From: Octopus sinensis
Taxonomy: Eukaryota
NCBI RefSeq assembly: GCF_006345805.1
Contig: NC_043015.1
Coordinates: 39,060,001-39,124,000 of the forward strand
Direction of reading: 5' to 3'
Length of the DNA: 64,000 nt
Below the pieces are notes generated by a model, which saw only the letters and a program-made list of their open reading frames with translations, ran no database searches and was not told the DNA's origin. Shown one piece after another: positions 1 through 12,000 of the stretch. Every line of letters begins with the position of its first letter. Position 1 is the stretch's first letter. The position numbers and the translations under genes are program-made.

Positions 1-519
1 CATTACTTCACTATAATAGCTATGTTTTGACCCTGACTGAGTCAACAGAAGCCTATTATTAACTAACGTAACATCAAATAGCAATTTAATAGTTATTCTT
101 TAATAGTTAAATCAAGATTCATCTTATATTCTTATTTAGAATTTTTAATATTTATTTCGAGAGCAATGCATTTACTTCTCATTCAAGAGTAAAGCACCAA
201 GACTTGAGTCTGGAAATTCCTTTTTGTGATAGAAAATATGTGAAGAAACTGTTCTTAAATAAACCAAAGCTGGTTTATTTGGTACTGGTCAAAGAGTTAA
301 CAGTTTATATTGTCATTGATTCTGTTCTGTGTCAACTGACTCTGTCCAACCATCTGTAAATAAGATGTTACATGGGTGTGTGTATGGGTGCATGTGTGTT
401 TGTGTGTCTAGAATTGGAGGGTTTTAAAATCATTGTTCTATTTGTTTTTTGTTTTTTTACTGAAGTCTTCATAGATATCTAGAGTAGATAATGGCAGCTA
501 CTCCCTTGAATTCTCCTTG

Positions 520-950
520 GAAGGGTCTACTATGTTAGGTAAACTCTTCCTCTCATGCATTCACCACGTCCAGCAGTCTCCTTGAGTAACACGATGATTC
601 TTCTCTTTCTTATCAACATCAGTGACAGCAAGTTTACCGTTATCATTCTGTATACACTTCTCCTCCAAGAGCTTCATTTTCTCCATTACCCTGTCCCACA
701 ATGCAGAACACATCACTTCTCTGATCCTTGCATCACAGAACATTTACAAACTTCTCTTTTGCCTTTACCTTTGATATGTCTACCTGGAGTTTAGCTTCCT
801 TTTTAGCTAAATACCATTCTTCTTTGCTGCCTATTTCCTTCCACTCTTTCAAGCCAGTCTCTTTTCTTGCTATAACAATGTCTATTGTATCATTCCACCA
901 CCACATCTCTTTGTTTTTTAGCTGGGATTTGGCACCAGCCATGTTTGGTC
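520..950 (-). mobile_element. Degenerate RTE-clade LINE ORF2 fragment
   Basis: Frameshifted minus-strand peptides KEMWWWNDTID...KEWK..GSKEE..AKKEAK and EKCIQNDNGKLAVTD resemble the RTE endonuclease-RT linker. Confidence 0.75.
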
Positions 951-1027
951 TCTAGTGCCAGCAGATTGTTCCATAATAACTGCCACTTTTGTTTTAATTG
1001 TCTCTGTCTCCTCCTCTCCTACTGTCA

Positions 1028-1320
1028 TTGTTTGTTCCTTCTTAAGCCATGCCTGGCTCATAAGGGCCGGTTTCCCGGTTTCCTTGGTGTATAGGTCTCC
1101 CACCTGGACGGGATGCCGGTCCGTCGCAGGTGAGCTGCAAGATGCAGGAGGAAAGAGTGAGAGAAAGTTGTGGCGAAAGAGTCAGCAGAAGTTCACCATT
1201 ACCTTCTGCCGGAGCCGCGTGGAGCTTAGGTGTTTCACTCATAAACACACACATTGCCCGGTCTGAGATTTGAACCCATGATTCCTTGACCGCAAGTCTG
1301 TTGCTCTAACCATTAGGTCA
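1028..1320 (-). mobile_element. tRNA-derived SINE (family also at 33206-33510 +)
   Basis: tRNA-like head (tggttagagca...ggttcaaatctcagaccggg) and AACAA tail; closely similar copy at 33206-33510 in the opposite orientation. Confidence 0.8.
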
Positions 1321-2261
1321 TAAATATCAGTTAATATCTCTTTGAATTTGTTGGTTGTCAGAGATGAAAGAATGGAAATGTATTGATGAACTTGTCTAAC
1401 AATAACAGATTGGGAAAACATGAAACCGATGTGGTTTGACAAAAGTATTTAGAAACTGAATTGTAACTTTCTTGAGTATTGGTGATGAATTGGCAGAGTT
1501 CTTAGAACTTCTGACAAGAATGCTTTGTTTATATATTACTGGTTCTTTGTACTTTGGGTTCAAATCTACAGATGAACGTTGCCTAGAAATGTCATAACAG
1601 CAGCCCTACAACTTCATCAGAAATTGCAGACCCAAGGAAGGAAGGAAGGAAGGAAAGAATGTTTTGTGGAACTCTGTCATAAGAGTATTTCGTTAGTCTT
1701 AAGAAAGAATATTAGTTACAATCATAGAAAAGATAATGTTAGGTATAAAGCTCCCAATTTTCACTTCCTAATTATCTCCTGTTGGGTAATAAGATAGTAA
1801 ATATAAATGCCAAGGGTTGTAAGTTAGTTAGCTAGTGGGCGTGAGTTCAGTCCCCAGAGCAGTCAGACTATATGTACTCTGATCAGAACTTAGTAAACTA
1901 GCAGTATCACAAATAGGAGAATAATTAATAAAGATGATGTTCAAAGTATGGACAACAGAAATGAGTACAATCTATCTCCATGGATATAATAAAGGGTTTG
2001 GTTCCATGTTTCACAAACACTCCTGAATATGAGAAGTACCTGAAGAAGGCTGGCAGCTACACTGACTGAAACATTGTGACTCTAATAACCAAGATGAGGA
2101 CACTAGTCTAAATATATTAGTATGCAATATTATAATTTAGGTACGCTAAAATTTTCTCTTATTAGAAATAAATGTACACATCTTATTTTGGTCCTTGCTG
2201 CTTTGTTTGACCCAAGACAATGTCTGCCACCGAAAAGTGAAATCACTTTGAAACACTTTCT

Positions 2262-2452
2262 TATTTCTTTATTACCCACAAGGGGCTAAACACAGAGGGG
2301 ACAAACAAGGACAGACAAAGGGATTAAGTCGATTATATCGACCCCGAAAGGATGAAAGGCAAAGTTGACCTCGGTGGAATTTGAACTCAGAACGTAACGG
2401 CAGACGAAATACGGCTACGCATTTCGTCCGGCGTGCTAACGATTCTGCCAGC
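2262..2452 (-). mobile_element. SINE with a gtcgactttgcctttcatcctttcggggtcgata core (MetaSINE-like); one of many copies
   Basis: Same sequence at 13445-13668, 23820-24720, 32538-32772, 37560-38725, 46010-46870, 57160-57352 and 59395-59790. The superfamily label is from memory. Confidence 0.8.
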
Positions 2453-4173
2453 TGTTTGCTGATGTCATTTGGGGTTTGCTTAATGTTAATTCTATTCTGG
2501 GGCTGATCATGCAATTGTCTACACACACCAAAAGGGAGCTGGCTGTAATGCAAAAAAAAATTAATGTTATAATTCTGGAGTAGACCAAGCGAATTTTGTG
2601 AACATTTGTGCTTCAGTTTGACATGCAAAGCGTTGGTGCAATTAGGGCCCATATTGATCCATGTTTGTCTGAGGAAGAAATCAGCTACTTTGTCTTTTCC
2701 CTTAACAGTTTCCACTCTCCTCTAGACTTTACCTTTAATATTTCCATCAAATTCCTTGATGTCTCTATTCCTAGACACTCCTAAATCTGTTTATCCCTTC
2801 TCTTAATCTCATCCACCCTCCTGCACGTACAAAAACAACTTTATTTTAAACCAATAGCTTGGCTGAAAGGAAACTTCAATGTTGGTAAAAGGTAAAAAGT
2901 TTCCTGATAAACTCTTTGCAAAGGGTCTCTGCTTACCTTGAATGTGTATAACAATCATATTTAGATGTTATTGTTGTCAATGCCAAATGATTAGATAAAG
3001 GCCATGATAGCTTTTAATCATCAAATTATCATTACTTAGAGCATAATGTAAAAGTTAAGTTCTTAGAATCGATTTTATTTTCAATTTGTGGTTGTGAATT
3101 CTAATTAGAATCACACCTTAATTGATTTTGCATTTGTTCACATCATCTCTAACAATGTTCTTCAATTTGGATAATTTCGATATATTTTCCATGCTCTACA
3201 TCCTACTTTTTTTCTTAATTGGTTTCATGGGTGAGTAAACCTCTACGGTTTATATTAATAGTAAGCTTTAATTAAGATCACCATCATCATCATCACCATT
3301 ATCATTGTCAGTTACAATTGTTATTATTGTTAGTATAACGCATAACTAATTCTGGTTGGTTAGAAGCCTTTATAATGACCGACATTAATTTGGTTTTGTC
3401 TACTTAATAAGATTTCTTTAAAGGTTCTTCATGGAATTCACCTGCCTATTCGTCCGGACATTGTCTTTTTGCAGTAAACTGACCAAACCTATTTGAGATC
3501 ATTTGAGGCAGAAGATGTTAATGAAACGTGTTTAACATTTTTATAAGTTTCTGCCTCTCTGTTATGTTGTTTACATCTGGATTGATCTTAATTCTGTCCT
3601 GCAATCAAAGTTAAGCGGTCATTTCTTTAACATCAGTTTGGTTTTGAGTAAAAAAATCTGAAAACATCATTATTATTATTATTATTATCATTATTATTAT
3701 CTTCTTTCAATTTTGTTTCCTTTTCTTGGCAAGTGTCTTCCCAACACCCAGGGCAAAGAAGCGCACTGCATACATTGATAGGCCATTAAAATAAACACAC
3801 CAGATTGTTCGTTTACAAAGTCATGTGATAGAAAAAGAAAGGGAAGAAAGACAGAAAAAAAGAAAAGAAGGAAAAACGAAAGCAGAAAATTAAAAGGGGA
3901 AAGGAAAGAAAATTCACAGTGATGATGCTCTTCTCAATCTGTGTGACCAGTTACCAGTTAAGACAATCTTTTGCCCTTTCTGCATGGATGGTCAGCCAGG
4001 GATCATCCTCAAATAAGTTTCAGTTCCCTTTTTTGATCCTTCCAAATGCTCCTAAAATCACTGGCAGTGTAACCTTCATTGTTGTTGTGGTTATCATGTC
4101 TCCCTGCCAAACACAATCCTGACTGTTTCTCCTTCAATTTGATTTTTCAGTTTCCCAACATTTTTCCAATTCA

Positions 4174-4281
4174 ATGTCTGAAAGTATGTCCGGAAGGAAA
4201 CGGAATCGAAATCGAGAAGTCGTAGCTGCATCATCAGAACCCATTGGCATCCGAGGCCCTCGTCCTTTACCCATAGACAGC
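4174..4281 (+). CDS. PCYT1: PCYT1 coding exon 1 ([36 protein letters not shown])
   Basis: Acceptor ttttcag ends at 4150, ATG at 4174, donor gtaagt at 4282, phase 0. The basic NLS-like RKRNRNR resembles the CCT-alpha N-terminus. Confidence 0.8.
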
Positions 4282-6014
4282 GTAAGTATTATTGAAACCA
4301 TCACTTCATTAGGGCCACCTCTTTCGTTAAAAGTGTCTGTTTAGAAATATGGTTTATGTTTGCTGGATTCAAAATGGGTTTCTTTTTAATTTAAAAGTTT
4401 ATATTTTCAAATTAATAATCAAAACAATTAAAATCATTTATTAATTAATGCAAATATTATAAACTAATAAGGAGTGGTTTGTGAAAATTGTTAATGATTT
4501 TATTCCCTATATTACTAGATAAAATCATTATGACATTTTAGGGCCAGCTTCATTAACAAAAAAATGATTAATTATTATTTTTAAAAATTCATCATTCATA
4601 GTATGGAAGGCCTGCCATAGAGTAATGGGCATCTCATAGGATGGAACATCTGCCATCCTTTTCTTTGTGATTTCCCCCTAATTTCTTGAGACTAAACTGC
4701 ATCGATTTCTATCAGTGATCTTCATTTGATTTCCATTCTTTAATCATTTTACTCATAGATGTCTCCATGGCCACGAAGAATCTCAAAGGCTGGTGCTTAA
4801 ACTTTATGCCAAGGATGAGTGATACACACACACACACACACTGTGTCTTCTCTCTGCTTCTTTTACCAAAAACAAAACAAAAAAGAAATTAAAATTTTAA
4901 TCCAATTCCAATACAGAGTCTGAGTAAAAACATTGAATGAAAATTTACTGATTCCAGAATAATTATACATGTCTGTACAGCAGTCCATCATTTACGTGGT
5001 AGATAGGTTCCACGTCTGACCATGTAAATTGAAACCATCCAAATGAAGGAACCAGGCAGAATCTTAAGAATGTCACAAAAGACATCCCTCAGCTGTTTGT
5101 TTTGGATTTTTATGTATTGAGTTCTTATTCCACTGAATCAAATTTGCCCTTCATTTCTCTGGAGTTGATAGTCTTGTCTAACCCTAAATTCCCCCTAAAT
5201 TATTGGCTTTGTGTTCAAAGCAGAAACAAATAATGGCCTCTGTTCCTGTCCACCAACTATCTGCTTATCACACATCACTGAAGCCCATCTCTCCTCCTCT
5301 CTGCCGTCCATGGTATCAATCGCACCTGTCTGGAAGATTCTACAAGGCCAAGAGTACAGTCCCATCATTGTCCTCCCCCCTTTGACTTCAGTTTTGCGCC
5401 CAACTTGAAACTAATTAATTGGCAATAATTAAACATCCTAATTCGTTGCTATACATTTATAAGGAAGTTTGAACAACTTGTGTCAATGTTTGAAAATATT
5501 TCACTCACTTTAATTTGATTTCACTAAGAATTCCGATGTGACTTCCTTGTAATTTCAGAGTCCTGGCGCTGCACCATTCCATTACGATGAAATTGCTACC
5601 CAAGAAAGAGACGCCTGTGACTATTCCATTAAAATCACATACGAGATGGCTCTGGCAGGGCAAGGTAACATCTTTGAAATATTTCCTAGTTAAGAAGCAA
5701 AACTTCTCGTTTTATACACAATGGTATTTTCCTAATGCCCATTCTCTTAATGATTGCTTCAGCCGTCTGAAGCAGGAGGAAGCATTTCAACAATATCCTA
5801 ATTACATTTTCAGCATTTTGTTTGTTATTTTCTTGAGTTTGTTTCTCTTTTATTTTAAACAACTTTACAACTTTACATTATTTACATTTGACAGACATTT
5901 GTCCTCATCTTTTGTTGTTAGCACAACATTTTGGCTGATATACTCTCCAGCCTTCATCAGGTGTCTTGGGGAAATTTCGAACCTGGGTTCTCATTCCTAA
6001 GGTATTTTTCAATG

Positions 6015-6074
<60 letters not shown>

Positions 6075-8964
6075 TCACTGCCTGGAATCGAACTCGGAAT
6101 CTTGGGGTTAGTAGCCTGTGCTCTTAACCACTATGCCATATACCCATGGACATATGGTGTAGTGGTTAAGTTCAATTCCAAGCAGTGACCTTAATAATAA
6201 TAATAATAATAATAATGATGATAATGATAATAATGATGATGATAATGATGATGATGATGATAATGTTGATAATGATGATGATGATAATGATGATAATAAT
6301 GATAATAATAATGATGATAATGTTAATAATAATAATGATGATGATAATGTTAATAATAATGATAATAATAATAATAATAATAAGATCGAAAAATACCTTA
6401 GGAATGAGAACCCAGGTTCAAAATTTCCCCAAGACACCCGATGAAGGTTGGAGGGTATATCAGCCGAAACGTTGTGTTAACAACCAACAAGATGAGGACA
6501 AATATCCGTCAAATGTAAATAATGTACATAATTCCTCATCTCTTAAATATAGAACTGTAGGTTGTTGACTGCCATGACACTGCATCCTTTAAGGCCCTCA
6601 TGCTTTCCGAAATCTGCCGAAACTACACCTGATTATATATACACTTTAGACGAGTTGTAGTGCACCTGAGCACTGTACACAATTATTATTATTATTATTA
6701 TTTTACAACTTATCTTAAGTCTTTGGGATTTTTTGCTGGTCTGCAAAAGTAGTTTCATTTTAACCCTTTTGTTACTGTATTTATTTTGAGATGCTCTGTC
6801 TTTCTCTCAATTATTTTAAATATAACAAAGAATTTAGTAAAATAACTTCGTTATCATTAAGCTAGTGTTAGGAACATAAATTTTGACTAAGGTTTGGTGG
6901 AAGATTTTAATTCAAAACTTATGGAAACAAGACATTTGTACTACAGAGCCAGAGGCGGTTTCAGCCGGGTTGGTAACGAAAGGGTTAAAACTGCATTAAT
7001 GTGGAATAACATAAAGAAATGAAACAAACTTTGCTTTCAAAACAATGACAGCACTATATATATATATATATATATATACATATATATACATATATATATA
7101 CATATATATATACGTATGCAATGACAGCACTATATATATATAGTGGTTGGCGTTAGGAAGGGCATGCAGCTGTAGAAACATTGCCAGATAAGACTGGAGC
7201 CTGGTGCAGCCTTCTGGCTTCCCAGATCCCCGGTCGAACCGTCCAACCCATGCTAGCATGGAGAACGGACGTTAAACGATGATGATGATGATGATATATA
7301 TATATATAATATACATATATATACGTATGCAATGACAGCACTATATATATATATATACGTACACAGAAAATTGCATCAGATAAAATGAATTGAATTAAAA
7401 TCACGAGCAGGTGAGATTTTAAAAGATTTGTAATTTCCTGTCTATGTATTGTGATCACCCAACCTTGAGATTGCAATAAAAAATATATATATATATGTAT
7501 ATATTTGATTGTATTCACAATTTGAATATGTATTGGCTCAATATATTGAGCCTTTCCATGTTACTTCATGGGAAGAATTACACACCTTTATCATTTAATA
7601 TACATACATACATACATACACATACACACATACATATTATATATAACTAAAACCTGCTTGTTATTTTCTTGATTTTATTTCTCGTATTGTTCAAAAGTAG
7701 GGCACCGATACTTGAGTATTGACGTTCCTTTTGTTATAGAAAATATGTAAACAAACTCTGCGTGTATGTGTGTATACACACACACACACACACACAGAGC
7801 ATGTTTGGGCTATATTTAACAGTTTTCTCTCTCTCTCTCTCTCTCCGGCCAGGTAACCTTGTACTTCCTCTACAGCAAGACACCTGTTTCGGTCTCTCTG
7901 TCTCCCTATAACTTTTCATCGTCTGACACAAGATCACCTTCTCCAATGCCCCCTTCCCTTTTGAAAATTCTTGTCTCTTATTTTTCTCTTGCATGTTACC
8001 TGGTGACCCTGTCAGTGCAGGTGCCATATAAAGAACATCCAGTCCACACTGTGAAGTGGTTGGCATTTGGAAGGGCATCCAGCTGTAAAAACCTTGCCAA
8101 AACTGATCTCACCTGTCCTTGTGCCACATAAAAAGCACCATGTCCATTCTGCTGAGTGGTTGGCATTAGGAAGGGCATCCAGCTGTAAAAATCCTGCCAA
8201 AACAGTTGCAGACGTCTTGTGCAGGCTTCTGCCTGGCCAGCTCTTATCAAACCGTTCCACCCATGCCAGCATGGAATGCGGATGTTAAGCGATGCTGCTG
8301 CTGATATATATATATATATACAAATTGAGATAGGGGTTGTAAATGCAACCCTCCATGGGATACCATATATCCAATATACTGCTAGTGAAGTACCCAACAA
8401 AGTTAATACATAAATGTTAAGAATTGCGATGCAATTAATTCGTTTACTGTATTATATGGGCAAAGGTAAAATGTTTTACCACAAATTCATAATACAAAAT
8501 AAGAAAATGGAGAAATACATCTAAATCAAATATCAATTACCAGATAATACTCAATCACATACTTTATTAAACCACCACATGAGAGACTGTAGGGTTAAAC
8601 ATAAAGTAGAACAAAACAGTGTACATAAAGGAATGTACATAAAAGAGTGATGTGATACAATAAGTAGAATATATATAAGAGAATATAAATATAAGTAAAT
8701 ATAAATATAAATATAGACTACATCTTACAGCTGTTTCGGCTGTAGTCTATATTTATATTTATATTTACTTATATTTATATTCTCTTATATATATTCTACT
8801 TATTGTATCACATCACTCTTTTATGTACATTCCTTTATGTACACTGTTTTGTTCTACTTTATGTTTAACCCTACAGTCTCTCATGTGGTGGTTTAATAAA
8901 GTATGTGATTGAGTATTATCTGGTAATTGATATTTGATTTAGATGTATTTCTCCATTTTCTTAT

Positions 8965-9012
<48 letters not shown>

Positions 9013-12000
9013 GACATAAAAATTTTAAATGTTTGTCATTATCTTGATTTTGTTTCTCTTATTGTTCAAAAGTAGGGGACCAATACTTGAGTATTGAAAT
9101 TCTTTTTATTATAGAAAAATATATAAAGAAACTGTGTGTGTGTGTGTGTGTGTGTATGTGTGTGCATGCATGGCTTAGTGGTTAGGGTGTTGTACTCACG
9201 ATTGCGAGATTGTGGGTTCGATTCCCAGACCGGGTTTTGCGTTGTGTTCTCGAGCAAAGCCCTTCATTTCACGTTACTCTGTGGTCATTTCGACATCTGA
9301 CGTGTGGCACCCATTGCACCTGTACTGGTAATGTCGATCTGAGGGAGGGAGTGAGCTTATGTCTACACAAACATCTGATCACTATCAACAAATCATGTGT
9401 GTGTTCAGGAAGAAATTGTCAAATCCTCATATGTCGTCTAATGATTGGCAAGTCCATTACTATATATGTATATTATAGGTGCAGGAGTGGCTGTGTGGTA
9501 AGTAGCTTGCTTACCAACCACATGGTTCTGGGTTCAATCCCACTGTGTGGAACCTCAGGCAAGTGTTTTCTACTATAGCCTCAGGCTGACCAAAGCCTTG
9601 TGAGTGGATTTGGTAGACGGAAACTGAAAGAAGCCCATCGTTTATTCTCAGCATACACACACACACACACATACATATATATATATGGCACCTGTGCGGG
9701 TGGCACGTAAAAAGCACCCACTACACTCTCGGAGTGGTTGGCGTTAGGAAGGACACCCAGCTGTAGAAGCACTGCCAGATCAGACTGGGCCTGGTGCAGC
9801 CTTCTGGCTTCCCAGATCCCCGGTCAAACCGTCCAACCCATGCTAGCATGGAGAACGGACGCTAAATGATGATGATGATGATGATGATGATATACGATGG
9901 GCTTCTTTCAGTTTCCGTCTACCAAATCCACTCACAAGGCTTTGGTCAGCCTGAGGCTAGAAGACACTTGGAAGGTCCGACCTTCCAAGTTCTTTTGCAG
10001 GGCTTAGAAAAACTGAAGGGCCACTGCAACAATTGTGTGAATCTGAGAGGGGAATGTGTTGAATAAAATCATAATTAACTGATTCTCCTGTATTTTCTTT
10101 TACCCAAAGCCAGGAACTTTTCAGCACCCCCTCATTTGTATAGCTGTAAGCTATGTATATATATATATATATATCTACACAGGTGCCACCTGCGCCTGGC
10201 ACCTGTGCAGGTGGCACGTAAAAAGCACCCACTACACTCACGGAGTGGTTGGCGTTAGGAAGGTCATCCAGCTGTAGAAACATTGCCAAATAAGACCGGA
10301 GCCTGGTGCAGCCTTCTGGCTTCCCAGATCCCCGGTCAAACCGTCCAACCCATGCTAGCATGGAGAACGGACGTTAAACGATGATGATGATGATATATAT
10401 GTGTGTGTGTGTGTGTGTGTGGTTATGCTTTACTTTGTCTTGTTCATTAAGAATTTTTTATATGTCGGGACAAGTGATTTTGTTTGAAACTCTAGATTTA
10501 TTAGGCAAATCATTTAATGGTTGAAGTTGTAGGCAAGAACAATAGAAATGCTGCTATGACTATTTCTGATTCGTTATCACATGATTTGGCCTTTGATCCC
10601 AAGTTATTTTCAGTTGGGAGTATAAGGTGTGTCACTCTACTATTTCTAGGTTTTTGCACCGTGTTTTTTAATAAAAATAATCTTTGTGACTCAGGTTTTA
10701 ATTTCTGTAAAATTCTCCGTAAGATAGGATTGTCATTAATAAAATGTCCATAACAATAACAGCTGCTGTTAACACCTTTTCTTCCTGAAGGTAAAATGCA
10801 GGTCCTGTCTGTATCAGGAATAGAGCGTCTTGTCTATCATGTATCAGTAATTTTATTCAGAACTAGCAGTATCGCCCAGCATTGCTCGGGTTTGTTTCGA
10901 CCCTTTAGAATTGGAATTGTTGAAAAGTAAAAAGTTTGCATTATGTAGCTTGTTATTCTCTTTAAGTGAACATTTTTCTGGTTGAAATACACTGGAAAAA
11001 GGTGACACAGCAGTCAAAAAATCATTAAAAACTAGGGATTTTCATAGAAAAAAAAAAGCACCTTTTTGATGTAAATAATTTTTGGTGTTAACATGGTCCG
11101 ATTTGAATTTTTTCTTCTACGGAAGGAAGAGCAAGCCTTCTTCTATCATACTCTCAATTTTGGTCAACTTGCACCGCAGGGTCTCGGAGGAGATAGTGTT
11201 AGTTGAAGGCTACCAAACCTGCCATACACACAGACAACTTCAGCTTTATATAGAGAGAGATTACCATTCTCCTAGACAGGCTGCCTGCATGTAGGTTGGC
11301 TGGGATCCACATCTCTTCCTTTTTTGTAGGGTCGACCAATTGGATGATCTTTCTATAACCAGTTGTCTTACAGTGTAGAATGGGGACCTTTTGTAGTGTT
11401 GCTGATATTAAAGAGATTATCTTTTACAAGACCAAAAGATCCTTTCTACACCATGTTGCTTTTTTGTTGGCAGGTGATGATTTTTTTTTTACAGGTGGGT
11501 GCCCTTCCTATCACTGATCATTTTGCAATATGGACCCTGCAGCTTATCATGCCCACCACATTGGAGAGACTGTCTGCCTGGATTAAAGAACCCCCTTATA
11601 TTTAATTACAGCAGCAAAATGCTGCAGTTAGAGAGATAATGGGTGATGGGAATTTGAGGAGAAATCTAGCCAAGGATAGGGGGACAGCTGTGTGCATACA
11701 CATTCTCTATCTCTCTCTTTCTCTCACTCACACACACACACACACACACACACATTGTGCTGCCAGAATTGCAGTTTCCTCAAGGTGGGTAGGTTTCCTT
11801 GCAAACTTTATATAACCAGTCTTATTGTTTATATTATTAGTCGAGGAGGGTGTCGGATGATATGATCAATATTTAGTTATGCCCTTTTACATTCTGAATT
11901 CAAATTTCGCAGGGTGAAAGGCAACTTTGTCTTTTGTACTTCCATGTTTGATAAAATAAAGTATCAGCCACGAGACTAATCCTGAAAATGATGAAGTTTC

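Noticed and set aside
3180-3520. Possible PCYT1 5' UTR exons (gtgagt at 3231; ttttgcag ending at 3474)
   Set aside because: Isolated splice-like signals cannot be supported without transcript data.
5931-6568. Poly-Leu, poly-Ile/Met and Leu/Ser ORFs
   Set aside because: Produced by (TAT)n and (ATG/ATA)n tracts in the fold-back element.
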